Part shown: piece after piece, positions 16,107 to 25,600 of the stretch
How the letters are laid out: the number at the start of each line of letters is the position of its first letter
Position numbering within the stretch: the stretch's first letter is position 1
Assembly: GCA_018693315.1 (NCBI GenBank)
Contig: JABHLR010000008.1
Span: forward strand, 42,472 to 106,471
Reading direction: 5' to 3'
Length of the DNA: 64,000 nt
Origin: an archaeon
GTDB lineage: Archaea; Nanobdellota; Nanobdellia; Pacearchaeales; GW2011-AR1
Translations under genes and position numbers: made by a program
Notes under the pieces: model-generated
Seen by the model: the letters and a program-made list of their open reading frames with translations, nothing else
The model's database searches: none
Told to the model about the DNA's origin: nothing

Positions 16107-19100
16107 ATGGAAGAAGAGAATGTGAGTAATGAGGGTGAAGGTGCTGTGAGTGCTGTTAATCAGGATGAGTTTTTGAGTGAGGCGAAGGAGTTTTTTGAGG
16201 TGAATCGGAAGGCGATTATACAGAGTATGAGTGGGGAGAATCGGGTTGTGCATGTTGATTTTGATGAGTTTTCGGCGCATTCGCCAGAGTTGGCTGAGAA
16301 TTTGATTGAGCGGCCGGAGGAGACTGTGCAGTTGTTGGAGGTTTCGTTGGAGGAGCTGGAGTGGGCGCCGAATGATGCTCGTGTTAGATTTATTAGTTTG
16401 CCTAAGGGGCAGGAGTTGTATATTCGGAATATTCGGTCGAGGCATTTAGGGAAGATGATTACGATTGAGGGGATTGTGCGGCAGGCGTCGGAAGTTAGGC
16501 CGTTGGTTACGAATGCGAAGTTTGAGTGTCCGAGTTGTGGGACGATTATTTCTGTGTTGCAGATTGATAAGAAGTTTAAGGAGCCGACTCGGTGTAGTTG
16601 TGGACGACGGGGTGGATTTAAGGAGATTAGTAAGGATATGGTTGATGCGCAGGTGATTACGATTGAGGAGGCGAGTGATAATTTGCATGGGGGTGAGCAG
16701 CCGAAGAGGATGACGATTTTTCTGAAGGAGGATTTGGTTGATCCGACTATGGAGATGAGGACGACGCCTGGCTCGAGGGTTAAGATTGTTGGGATTTTGA
16801 AGGAGATTGCGATTTCGTCGTCGAGTGGGGCGATGTTGACGCGGTTTGATTTGGCGATTGAGTCTAATAATATTATTCCATTGGAGGAGAGTTTTGAGGA
16901 TATTGATATTGATGAGGAGGATGAGCGGGCGATTAAGGAGTTGGCTGGGTCGCCGGATTTTATGAAGAAGATGGTTGATAGTATTGCGCCGTCGATTTGG
17001 GGGCATCGTAATGTTAAGACTGCTTTGGCGTTTCAGTTGTTTGGTGGGGTGAAGAAGCAGAGGAGTGATGGGACGAAGATGAGGGGGGATGTTCATGTTT
17101 TGTTGGTTGGGGATCCGGGTGTTGCGAAATCTGTTATGCTTGGGTTTATTGCCGGGGTTGCACCGAAGGCTCGTTATGTTTCTGGTAAATCGGCGTCGGC
17201 TGCTGGTTTGACTGCTGCGGTTGTGAAGGATGATGTTTTGAAGGGTTGGGGGTTGGAGGCTGGTGCGATTGTTTTGGCGAATAAGGGGATTGTTTGTATT
17301 GATGAGTTTGATAAGATGGATGAGGAGGATCGGAGTGCGATGCATGAGGCGATGGAGCAGCAATGCTATCATTATGATACTGAAATGCAATTTGCAGATG
17401 GGTCTTCTCGAAAGATTGGTGAATTTGTGGATGAGCTAATGGAGAAGAATTCTTCTGAGATTTTGAAAGGTAAGGATTGTGAGATTTTGGGCGTTGATGG
17501 AGTGAAGATTGTTTCCACTGACTTTGATAATTCTTTTGTTATGGGTGTTGATAGGGTCAGTCGACACGTGGCTCCTAGTGAGATGGTTGAGATTGAGCTT
17601 AGTAATGGGCGGAAAGTTAAAGTTACTCCTGAGCACCCTTGTTTTATAGTTGATGATGGAAAAATCATTGAGGTTGCGGCTGAAACATTGAAAGAGGGAA
17701 TGTTTTTTCCTGTGCCGTCTAAGATTGATATTGAATCTGTGAATTACGAGAAAAAGAATGATTATTTATGTAAAATTCTTGGGTATCATATTAGTGATGG
17801 GTGTTATGAATTGAACCGCGGGAAGAAGAATGGCATTCAGTTTTGGAATAATGATGAGTCTTTGATTAATGATTATAAAAATTCTATTAAGAAATATTTT
17901 GGGATTGAGGCTGGGGTTACTCGTCGGGATAAGCAGATGGCAGTTCGGGTTGTTTCTAAAAAGGTTGTAGGGGAATTTATGGCGCTTGATCCTTGTTTGA
18001 TGGAAAAGTGTAAAGAGAATAAGATTCCCGGGAGTGTTATGAGTTTTCCTAATGAGAATATTCGGTATTTGATTCGGGCGCTTTTTGATGGGGATGGTAC
18101 TGTTGTTAATGTCAAGGGTGGTGGATGTCGGGTTACTCTTGTTGGGGAAAATAGACGGATGCTTGAGCAGGTTAGTGATTTGCTTTTGCGTTTTGAGATT
18201 ACGTCTTCTATTTTTGAGGATAAGACTTCTAATGTTTGGAGGCTGGATATTTCTGGGCAGGAGAATTTGTCGAACTTTTTGATGAGAATTAGTTTTTTAT
18301 CTTCACATAAGAAAGCTCGATTGAAGGAGTATTGCGAAAGGGCTAAGACTTATCGGACTATTAAGGATTTGATTCCTAGTTGTACTGATAAAATTTATGG
18401 GATTTATAAAAAGCTTGGGATTTCGATGAACAAGGAAATTGGGCACTCTATTGATTTGGGGGTAGAGAAGCAGAGGAAGTTTTTGCAGAAGTTGGTTTTG
18501 ATTGCGGAGAAGTATCTTGATAAAGCGGACGCGGAAACGCGGAAGGGTTTGGAGGGAATTAAAAAACTGGCTTTTGGCTATGCTCGATGGATGAAGATAA
18601 AGAAAGTCTCGAAGGCTCAGGGGAGTGGGAAGTGGGTTTATGATGTTACGGTTGAGCCTCATCATACTTTTGTTTCTAATGGTATGATTTTGCATAACAC
18701 GATTACGATTTCGAAGGCGACTGTGCAGGCTACTTTGCGGGCGCAGACTTCTGTTTTGGCGGCGGCGAATCCTAAGTTTGGTCGGTTTGATCCTTTGCAG
18801 TCTATTCCGAAACAGGTGAATTTGGTTCCGAGTTTGCTTTCTCGTTTTGATGCGATTTTTATTATGAGGGATATTCCTAGTCGTGAGAGTGATGAAGCGA
18901 TTGCGAGTCATGTTTTGTTGGAGCATCAGCAGGCGGCGAAGCATGATGTGATTGATGCTGATTTGTTGAAGAAGTATATTTCGTATGCTAAGCAGAAGTT
19001 TAATCCGACTTTGAGTGATGAGGCTGTTAAGGCGATGAAGGATTTCTATGTTGGGCTTAGAAATATGCCGCAGATGGGGGACGGGCCGAGTAAGCCGATT

Positions 19101-19493
19101 CCGATTGGGGCGAGGCAGTTGGAGGCGATGGTTCGTTTGAGTGAGGCGCATGCTAGGATGAGACTTTCGAAGGTTGTTGAAGTGAAGGATGCGATTGCGG
19201 CGATTGATTTGACGAAGAGTTATTTGATGCAGGTTGGGTATGATGAGAAGACGAAGACTTTTGATATTGATAAGATTGGGGGGCAGGGGGCTTCGGCTAG
19301 GAATAAGATTCATTATGTGCAGGATGCGATTGCGGAGCTGGAGAAGAGAGTTGGGAAATTGATTCCGATGGAGGAGATTGCGAAGGCTTTGGAGGGACGA
19401 GTTAGCGAGGCTGAGGTTGATGAAGTTGTTGGGAAGTTGTTGAAGAGTGGGGATTTGTTTAGGCCTAAGAGAGGGTATGTTCAACGTATGTAG
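16107..19493 (+). CDS. mcm: MCM replicative helicase precursor (683-aa extein plus 445-aa intein)
   Basis: Zn motif CPSCG...CSCG, Walker A GDPGVAKS, Walker B CIDEFDKM, arginine finger SRFD, C-terminal wH. The conserved MEQQ-TI(T/S)ISKA block is interrupted. Confidence 0.95.
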   Translation: MEEENVSNEGEGAVSAVNQDEFLSEAKEFFEVNRKAIIQSMSGENRVVHVDFDEFSAHSPELAENLIERPEETVQLLEVSLEELEWAPNDARVRFISLPKGQELYIRNIRSRHLGKMITIEGIVRQASEVRPLVTNAKFECPSCGTIISVLQIDKKFKEPTRCSCGRRGGFKEISKDMVDAQVITIEEASDNLHGGEQPKRMTIFLKEDLVDPTMEMRTTPGSRVKIVGILKEIAISSSSGAMLTRFDLAIESNNIIPLEESFEDIDIDEEDERAIKELAGSPDFMKKMVDSIAPSIWGHRNVKTALAFQLFGGVKKQRSDGTKMRGDVHVLLVGDPGVAKSVMLGFIAGVAPKARYVSGKSASAAGLTAAVVKDDVLKGWGLEAGAIVLANKGIVCIDEFDKMDEEDRSAMHEAMEQQCYHYDTEMQFADGSSRKIGEFVDELMEKNSSEILKGKDCEILGVDGVKIVSTDFDNSFVMGVDRVSRHVAPSEMVEIELSNGRKVKVTPEHPCFIVDDGKIIEVAAETLKEGMFFPVPSKIDIESVNYEKKNDYLCKILGYHISDGCYELNRGKKNGIQFWNNDESLINDYKNSIKKYFGIEAGVTRRDKQMAVRVVSKKVVGEFMALDPCLMEKCKENKIPGSVMSFPNENIRYLIRALFDGDGTVVNVKGGGCRVTLVGENRRMLEQVSDLLLRFEITSSIFEDKTSNVWRLDISGQENLSNFLMRISFLSSHKKARLKEYCERAKTYRTIKDLIPSCTDKIYGIYKKLGISMNKEIGHSIDLGVEKQRKFLQKLVLIAEKYLDKADAETRKGLEGIKKLAFGYARWMKIKKVSKAQGSGKWVYDVTVEPHHTFVSNGMILHNTITISKATVQATLRAQTSVLAAANPKFGRFDPLQSIPKQVNLVPSLLSRFDAIFIMRDIPSRESDEAIASHVLLEHQQAAKHDVIDADLLKKYISYAKQKFNPTLSDEAVKAMKDFYVGLRNMPQMGDGPSKPIPIGARQLEAMVRLSEAHARMRLSKVVEVKDAIAAIDLTKSYLMQVGYDEKTKTFDIDKIGGQGASARNKIHYVQDAIAELEKRVGKLIPMEEIAKALEGRVSEAEVDEVVGKLLKSGDLFRPKRGYVQRM
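17364..18698 (+). mobile_element. intein with LAGLIDADG homing-endonuclease domain
   Basis: Begins at Cys420 (EQQ|CYHYDTEMQFADGS). Block B TPEHP. LAGLIDADG motifs LGYHISDGCY and IRALFDGDGTV. Ends VYDVTVEPHHTFVSNGMILHN|T. 1335 nt, in frame. Confidence 0.9.
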
Positions 19494-19538
19494 TTCAATC
19501 TCATAAATCCTTATAAAGTCAAGTTGTTATTTTTTTGA

Positions 19539-20171
19539 ATGGTAGAGGATGCGTCGGGGCAGGAAATTAGGAAGAGGAATGTTGCGTTTAAGTTGCGGAT
19601 TGGCGATATTTTGAAGGGTGTGCCTATGATGGATGAGGGGAAGTTTTTGTTCTTGGAACTTGGAGATAGGCGAGTTGTGAGGGTTAATATTTTGGCGAAT
19701 TGTGTTGATAAGTTTGTGCAGGATGACGAAAAGAAGTTTGCGACTTTGACTATTGATGATGCGAGTGGGCAGTTGAAGTTGAAGGCGTTTGGTGATGATA
19801 TTGAGCCGTTGAAAAATATTGTTCAGGGTGATACTTTGCAGATTATTGGGAATGTGCGAGAGTGGAATGGTGAGTTGTATGTTTTGCCTGAGGTTGTGAA
19901 GAAGGTTGATTCTAGGTGGTTGTTGGTTAGGAAGTTGGAAGTTCAGAATGCTAGGAAGGATTTGCCTGAAGCGGAGAAGGGTGATTCGAGTTTGAAGGAT
20001 GGGATTATGGCTAAGATTAAGGAAGCTGAGAGTGATGGTGGGATTGATGTTGATACTTTGATTATGGATGTTGAGGCGAGTCCTGATGCGATTAATGGTG
20101 AGATTAAGAAGTTGTTGGAAGAGGGACTGGTTTATGAGCCTCGGCCTGGTCGGTTGAGGTATCTTGGTTAA
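19539..20171 (+). CDS. OB-fold ssDNA-binding protein, RPA32/Stn1-like, with C-terminal winged helix
   Basis: ATLTIDDASGQLKLKAFGDD...LQIIGNVREWNGELYVLPEVVKKV is a typical OB fold. The C-terminus INGEIKKLLEEGLVYEPRPGRLRYL is wH-like. Confidence 0.6.
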   Translation: MVEDASGQEIRKRNVAFKLRIGDILKGVPMMDEGKFLFLELGDRRVVRVNILANCVDKFVQDDEKKFATLTIDDASGQLKLKAFGDDIEPLKNIVQGDTLQIIGNVREWNGELYVLPEVVKKVDSRWLLVRKLEVQNARKDLPEAEKGDSSLKDGIMAKIKEAESDGGIDVDTLIMDVEASPDAINGEIKKLLEEGLVYEPRPGRLRYLG

Positions 20172-20915
20172 TTAGGGTTTTGCGATTTTCCACAAGAGTT
20201 CGAACTGTTTTTTGTAGGCTTGAGCGATTTCTTTTTTATGAATTATTATTGTTGTCATCGGTTCATTAAAGTCTACTATGAAAACCTTATCTCCGCTTAC
20301 TATCGTTCTTATTGGTTGGGTGAATTCTTTTGGTAAGTATCTTATGCTGGCGTAAGTATTTGGAGACCTGAACCCCTCGGCATAGAGGAGCCTTTCTTTT
20401 GCCTTGAGTTTTTTACCTTCTCTTAGGTACTCGTTTAATTGCGCTGGAAAATGCTTAGCATAATTTTCTTCATCAGTTCCGAATCCTTCTAATTCCCTTA
20501 TTCCATTCCTGTAATTGTCTAGGATTTCATTTAGTACGATTAGGGGACCCTTTTTCCCGGTATAAACAACGGTTTGATTATGCTCCTCTGCTTGATTTCT
20601 TTTTCCTTCTATCATGGGAATAATATCTTCTATTTTCTTTTGTGAATCTGAGATGCCTTGTTTTTTTTCTTCTAGAAATTCTAATAGTCTTTTTGGAGAT
20701 GTTGCATCATAATATCTAGTTCCATTTTCTATTACGTAACCAACAAAGCCTTTTGTTTGCAATCGTTGTAAAACTTCGTATACCTTGGAGCTTGAAATAT
20801 TCGCCTTTTTTGTTATCTTCCCTGTTGTGCATTTTCCGAGTTCTATGAGGGCCAGGTAAACTTGGGATTCCCCGTCGGTTAATCCCATGTTTAGTAGTGC
20901 TTGTTTTATTACCAT
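20172..20915 (-). CDS. TrmB-family transcriptional regulator
   Basis: LGLTDGESQVYLALIELGKCTTGKITKKANISSSKVYEVLQRLQTKGFV (TrmB HTH). Confidence 0.8.
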   Translation of the reverse strand: MVIKQALLNMGLTDGESQVYLALIELGKCTTGKITKKANISSSKVYEVLQRLQTKGFVGYVIENGTRYYDATSPKRLLEFLEEKKQGISDSQKKIEDIIPMIEGKRNQAEEHNQTVVYTGKKGPLIVLNEILDNYRNGIRELEGFGTDEENYAKHFPAQLNEYLREGKKLKAKERLLYAEGFRSPNTYASIRYLPKEFTQPIRTIVSGDKVFIVDFNEPMTTIIIHKKEIAQAYKKQFELLWKIAKP

Positions 20916-21028
20916 GTTCCTATATGGTGTTTTAGTTTAAATATCTTCCCCTTATGGCGGGGGAGTAATCTTTAAATAGATAATTATTGTTACTATTGTA
21001 TAGTAGTTGTCAAGGAGACAACCTATAT

Positions 21029-21101
21029 GGCGCGGTCGCCGAGTCGGTTCAGGCAAAAGCTTGCAAAGCTTTTTACGTAGGTTCGAATCCTACCCGCGCC
21101 T
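21029..21101 (+). tRNA. tRNA-Cys (anticodon GCA)
   Basis: GGCGCGG-UC-GCC-GAGUCGGUUCA-GGC-A-AAAGC-UUGCAAA-GCUUU-UUAC-GUAGG-UUCGAAU-CCUAC-CCGCGCC-U. Discriminator U73 is typical of tRNA-Cys. Confidence 0.88.
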
Positions 21102-21109
21102 CTGAGAAA

Positions 21110-21967
21110 ATGGAAAACACAAATACAAAAGAACCCAGCAACTGGAAAGACTTTATGAAAAAGAAAGGTAGCGGGAAGCCTATGAATGAAAAAGATCTTG
21201 AAGAGCTTAACATTTGGCAAAATTCAGATAAGTTCAAAAATGATCTTTATAGAAGCGATGAAAGAAAGGATTGTATTCTAATACAGGGGGGAGCGTTTGT
21301 TGTAGATGGATATGCTTATCTAGTCTTGGGAATGAGTACTATCGATATTTTGGAAACTATGTCTGAGCATAAGAGGGTGACTGGAATTATTGGTACAGGT
21401 AATTCGTTATATATTTCTAAAGATTTCAAGAACGTATACACAACACTATCTGAGGAAGAAACAGAAAAGAGATATGAAATTGATAAAACCGGGGGTACGT
21501 TAAAATATGCTTATCAAGCAAAACTGGCTCCACTTATTTTCTTAAATAGGTCTATAAGAGAGGCTGTTGAATTTAATAGAATACGGGATAGAGGAAAAAA
21601 TCATCTACTAATAGATCTCGGAAGTAATTTTTATATGGATACTTTAAAGTACTCCGGCTCTAGGAAATCTAGATTAAGATGGAAATTTGTTAAGGCGGCT
21701 AGAACTGGACGTTGTGTGGCTAATCCGTCATTGAACAAAAAAGAATTGCTATTTGACGAAGAAGAAGCTGTGCTAAATGCAATTAGAAATTTTAAGGGGT
21801 CTTTTTGCCTTGGATATATGAAATGGACAGATGCGGTTGCTAATGCTGTTGGATTAATCCAGGTAAAGGCCCTAGACTTAAAGGATAATATCTCTGGAAT
21901 AATTGGATTTTCTTTGTTAAAAATAGCTGAAGATTTTCGTAAGAGGAATGGAGAGTTGTATGAATAG
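21110..21967 (+). CDS. hypothetical protein (285 aa), A-rich island gene
   Basis: The ATG lies 9 nt after the tRNA-Cys 3' end. The track ORF 20987 reads through the tRNA and is rejected. No motif is recognised. Confidence 0.55.
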   Translation: MENTNTKEPSNWKDFMKKKGSGKPMNEKDLEELNIWQNSDKFKNDLYRSDERKDCILIQGGAFVVDGYAYLVLGMSTIDILETMSEHKRVTGIIGTGNSLYISKDFKNVYTTLSEEETEKRYEIDKTGGTLKYAYQAKLAPLIFLNRSIREAVEFNRIRDRGKNHLLIDLGSNFYMDTLKYSGSRKSRLRWKFVKAARTGRCVANPSLNKKELLFDEEEAVLNAIRNFKGSFCLGYMKWTDAVANAVGLIQVKALDLKDNISGIIGFSLLKIAEDFRKRNGELYE

Positions 21968-22006
21968 GGCGGATCTTTCTGGGGAAAATATGAAAGGAGT
22001 TAAAAA

Positions 22007-22333
22007 ATGAAAAAACAAATGAAAAATACTGAGGGGCAATCGGGAAGTGAACCGACTAGCCGAGGAGTTGTAGCTAATCCTGCATCTGTTGAGGAATTGA
22101 TTGAAGCTCATAGCAAGGCACTTATACAAACAGTGCTTGCTGGAGCAGAGTGTTTTACTAATAAGTCGGATGTTGATTTTTTTCACCGTCGTGATCTCCC
22201 CGGTGTTTTAGACAACTATAGAGCTATAAGAGATGCGTATAGTGGAGAGGATAAGATTCCAGATTGTTGTGATAGTATAATCAATGATGTGATGTGTAAC
22301 TTGCCATTGGGTAAATATGGTTCGCTTCTATAA
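22007..22333 (+). CDS. hypothetical protein (108 aa), A-rich island gene
   Basis: AAAGGAG lies 6-7 nt upstream of the ATG. No motif is recognised. Confidence 0.5.
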   Translation: MKKQMKNTEGQSGSEPTSRGVVANPASVEELIEAHSKALIQTVLAGAECFTNKSDVDFFHRRDLPGVLDNYRAIRDAYSGEDKIPDCCDSIINDVMCNLPLGKYGSLL

Positions 22334-22414
22334 GCTTATGTGAGTAAACCTTGGAGGACGATTCAAGAGACGCAACGGGTTTATCTTCATTGGCTTCTAT
22401 CGGGGGGAGTGCTC

Positions 22415-22422
22415 TTTTTTTT
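22415..22422 (+). terminator. oligo-T tract (T8)
   Basis: ctcTTTTTTTTaac lies 80 nt after the 22333 stop. Archaeal termination commonly uses T-runs. Confidence 0.35.
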
Positions 22423-22540
22423 AACTTAGGAGACGACTGTGAATCGAGGCGATTGGAAGGGCTTGCTCAGTCTAAGGAGTGAATGGCGGATAATAATAAC
22501 TACAAGCTATGAAATGGATTGGATGGTGAGAGAAGTATTA

Positions 22541-22612
22541 TAGTTCATCAATATCTAAATCTAGGTCGTCGTCGATTGGGCCAACATTCTTCTTTTGGAT
22601 AATTTTATATAG
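22541..22612 (-). pseudogene. relic 3' end of an MBF1-like gene (paralog of 29798..30604)
   Basis: tctaaatctaggtcgtcg (18/18) and ttcttcttttggat (14/14) are shared with 29806-29874. The minus strand still reads ...IDDDLDLDIDEL*, compared with ...IGDDLDLDLDEL* in the intact gene. Confidence 0.75.
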
Positions 22613-22632
22613 TTTTTTTTACATAGTTTTTG

Positions 22633-25600
22633 ATGAATAAAAGAGGGATTAGTGCGGTTGTGGCGACGGTTCTTATTGTTTTGATAGTTGTTGCAGGCGC
22701 GGCTTTTGTCTGGATGGGTGTTGCGCCTGTGGTTGATGAGATTGAGGATGTGGGTGATGATACGGATTTTATTATTGCGGTTGATGGAGGGTATACTTAT
22801 TTTGATTCGGAAACTGGGGTCGCGTGTGTGCAGATTAAGAGGATTGGTGGGGATAAGGAATTGAGTCGGATTGATGTTTTGTTTGCTTATAATGGGACGA
22901 CGCTTGAGGACAGGGGGAATTTTTCTGGTGATGAGATTCCTGGATTTAACGAGATGAAAAAGAAGTGTTTTAATTTGAGTTATTTTGATGATGGGGTGGG
23001 GAGATATGTTGCTCCGGATTCTATAGGTATTGTTCCGATTTATGTTGATGGCGAGGAGGGAATTTTGTCGACGGTGGGGGATTCTGATTCGATACCTAGT
23101 GGGAGTTATGGAGGCGGTGGCGGAGGCGGTGGCGGAAGTCCTCCTGCTGATATTGTTCCTGTTGTTGAGGTTGTTGCTAGTTGTTTAGATGGGATTAAGA
23201 ATCAAGATGAGACTGCTGTTGATTGTGGTGGGGGTTGCTCGGGGTGTACTAATGGGTTGGATTGTTCTGTTGGTTCTGATTGTTCTAGCGGGAATTGTCT
23301 AGCGGGAGTTTGTGTTGCTTATATTTATGATGAGAATGTTATTTTTGTTGATAATCTATTGGAAAATGATTGTAATGATTATGATCCTGTGACCGAGGTT
23401 TGTGGTCTTGGTAATGATATAGTCTACAATACTTTAACTGAGGCTGTTAATGTTGTTGTCGCAGGCAATATAGTAATCATAAAACCGGGAATATACAATG
23501 AAGTGTTAAAGCCTATTTCTTCTGGGGTAGAAGGTAATCCAATCATATTCGAAACAGAAGGAAATGTGATTCTTGATGCATCTTCATATGATGATCGAAA
23601 TGATTTGACTTTTGATCAAGATCCTAATTACGGGCCTATTTGGCTTGAAGAAGTTGAGTATATTATTTTTGATGGGTTTAATGTGACTAATAATGAGGGT
23701 TATGTTCGTATGGTACGGTCACATAATATCACTTTTCAGAATAATCATTTTCATGGGCCAACTACTGGTTGGATAATTGGAATTCATTTATTTGAGAGCC
23801 ATAATAATAAGTTTGCTAATAATATAATTGAAGGAACTAGTGATAATTTTAGAATTGTCTATTCTAATAATACTCTTATCGAAGGCAATGAATTTTATTT
23901 AGGAAGGCATGTGTTGTTGACTTTGAAGTGTAGCAGTAATAATATTATCAGAGGTAATTACTTTTATAATGCAGAACAGAAAAATATGGAGGTACTTGAT
24001 TGTGAGCAGCCAACTATGTGGAATCATTATAATAATCCTTATCCCCAAAATACAGTCATAGGTAACAGTGCAAGATATAATATTATAGAGAATAATACTT
24101 TTGCTTATACTGCTCCTGATAGTCTTAGGGCTACACCTAGTCATCCAAACGGGTATCCTCGTGGTCCATTTAATGCTATTCAGTATGCGGGGCAGGACGG
24201 GATTATAAGAAATAATGTTTTTTATGATAATAATGGGGGAGGGCTATCTTTAACATCATATGGGGATGAAGCGGAATATGATACTGATAATAGGATTTAC
24301 AATAATGTATTTTACAATAATCATTATGGCGGAATTGAAGTTGGCCGTGGAGGTTATCAATTTAATGGGAATATAATTAAAAATAATATTCTATATAAGA
24401 ATGATTTTATTAACCCACCTAATTTGAATCCACAATTCACATGGGAATATGTTTATGATTTGTGGAATTGGGGAAATGCAGATAGTTTACCATTCCAGGT
24501 TTATACCATCAGACATGATGGATATGTTTTTGACTCTAATAATATTATCAATGATTTACCTGGAGAAATTAATATCATAGCTCATCCTGATGATTATGAG
24601 AGTGGTCCTCCTGCTAATCGTTCGCTTTCGTATTGGGAGTTAACTTATTCTAGTTTGCTCCAGAATAATATTGAAGTGAATCCTGAATTTGTTGATGCTG
24701 ATGGACATGATTTTTATTTAGCTGAGGGAAGTAATATGATTGATGCTGGGGCATATCTGACTAGTGCTTCTGGAAGTGATTCGGGAACTTCTATGATTGT
24801 AGATGATGTTGGTTATTTTTATGATGGGTTTGGTATGGAGGACGGAGATTTGATTCAACTGGATGGTTCTTTGGAGACTGCGAGGATTGTTGGTATTGAT
24901 TATGGAACAAATACTTTGACACTTGACACTTCTTTGGATTGGGTTGATGGGCAGGGAGTTGGGTTGGTTTATTCTGGGAATGGACCTGATTTGGGAGCGT
25001 TTGAGTTTACTGGGGATGTTGTTTTGCAAACATGTACAGAGCAGTCAGGAGATATTTGCGTATCTAATGAATATTGTTCTGGGAATAGTCTCAGTGCAAG
25101 TGATAGTGATAGTTGTTGTGATGTTACTTGTCTAGCGCCTGCTTGGTTAAATTGTGCTGATTGTGGTAATGGGTTATTTAATTTATGCGATGAAACAGAG
25201 TGTAATGGTATTACTGAAGGATGTTATTACGAAGGGGGTTGGCTTAATACTTGTGACAGTTGTAGTGCGGTGAGCTGTAGTGATTATGATGATTCTGCTG
25301 ATTGTAGCGCAAATGTTTGTGGTTTAACTAATTGTGGTTGGGATGGAGCAAGCTGTGTTGTTTCGTGTGATGAATCTTCGGATTGTAATTATTTAAGTGG
25401 TGTTTGTGGAGTGGGTGTTTGTATTGATAATATCTGTAGTGCTGAATTCAATTCGACTGAGGATGTATGTAGAGAGTCTTCTTCTGAGTGCGATGCTGTT
25501 GATTATTGTTCCGGGGAGAGTTCTTCTTGCGAGAATTTGAATGTGTTGGATGGTACTGATTGTAGTACAGGGGTGTGTTCAAATGGGGGGTGTTATGACG

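Noticed and set aside
18303-19484. Long antisense ORFs opposite strong genes. Examples: 18303..19484 and 16446..17390 opposite mcm, 58349..60034 opposite rpoK/eno, 27793..28518, 56122..56859, 8547..9068, 3313..3885.
   Set aside because: Their products are low-complexity (N/R/L/P/S/I-rich) and have no motifs. The opposite strand encodes unambiguous conserved proteins. The strong G+T skew depletes stop codons on the antisense strand, which explains their length.
20987-21109. N-terminal extension of track ORF 20987..21967.
   Set aside because: It reads straight through a well-folded tRNA-Cys (21029-21101) and starts at a non-ATG codon. The CDS was re-called from ATG 21110.
22334-22540. Structured ncRNA or riboswitch in the 300-bp spacer before the giant gene (GGAGGACGA.../GGAGACGAC... 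motifs, aatcg-agg-cgatt hairpin).
   Set aside because: I recognise no RNA family. The segment is better explained as degraded remnants (relic gene ends) plus a T8 terminator. It is left as unexplained sequence.
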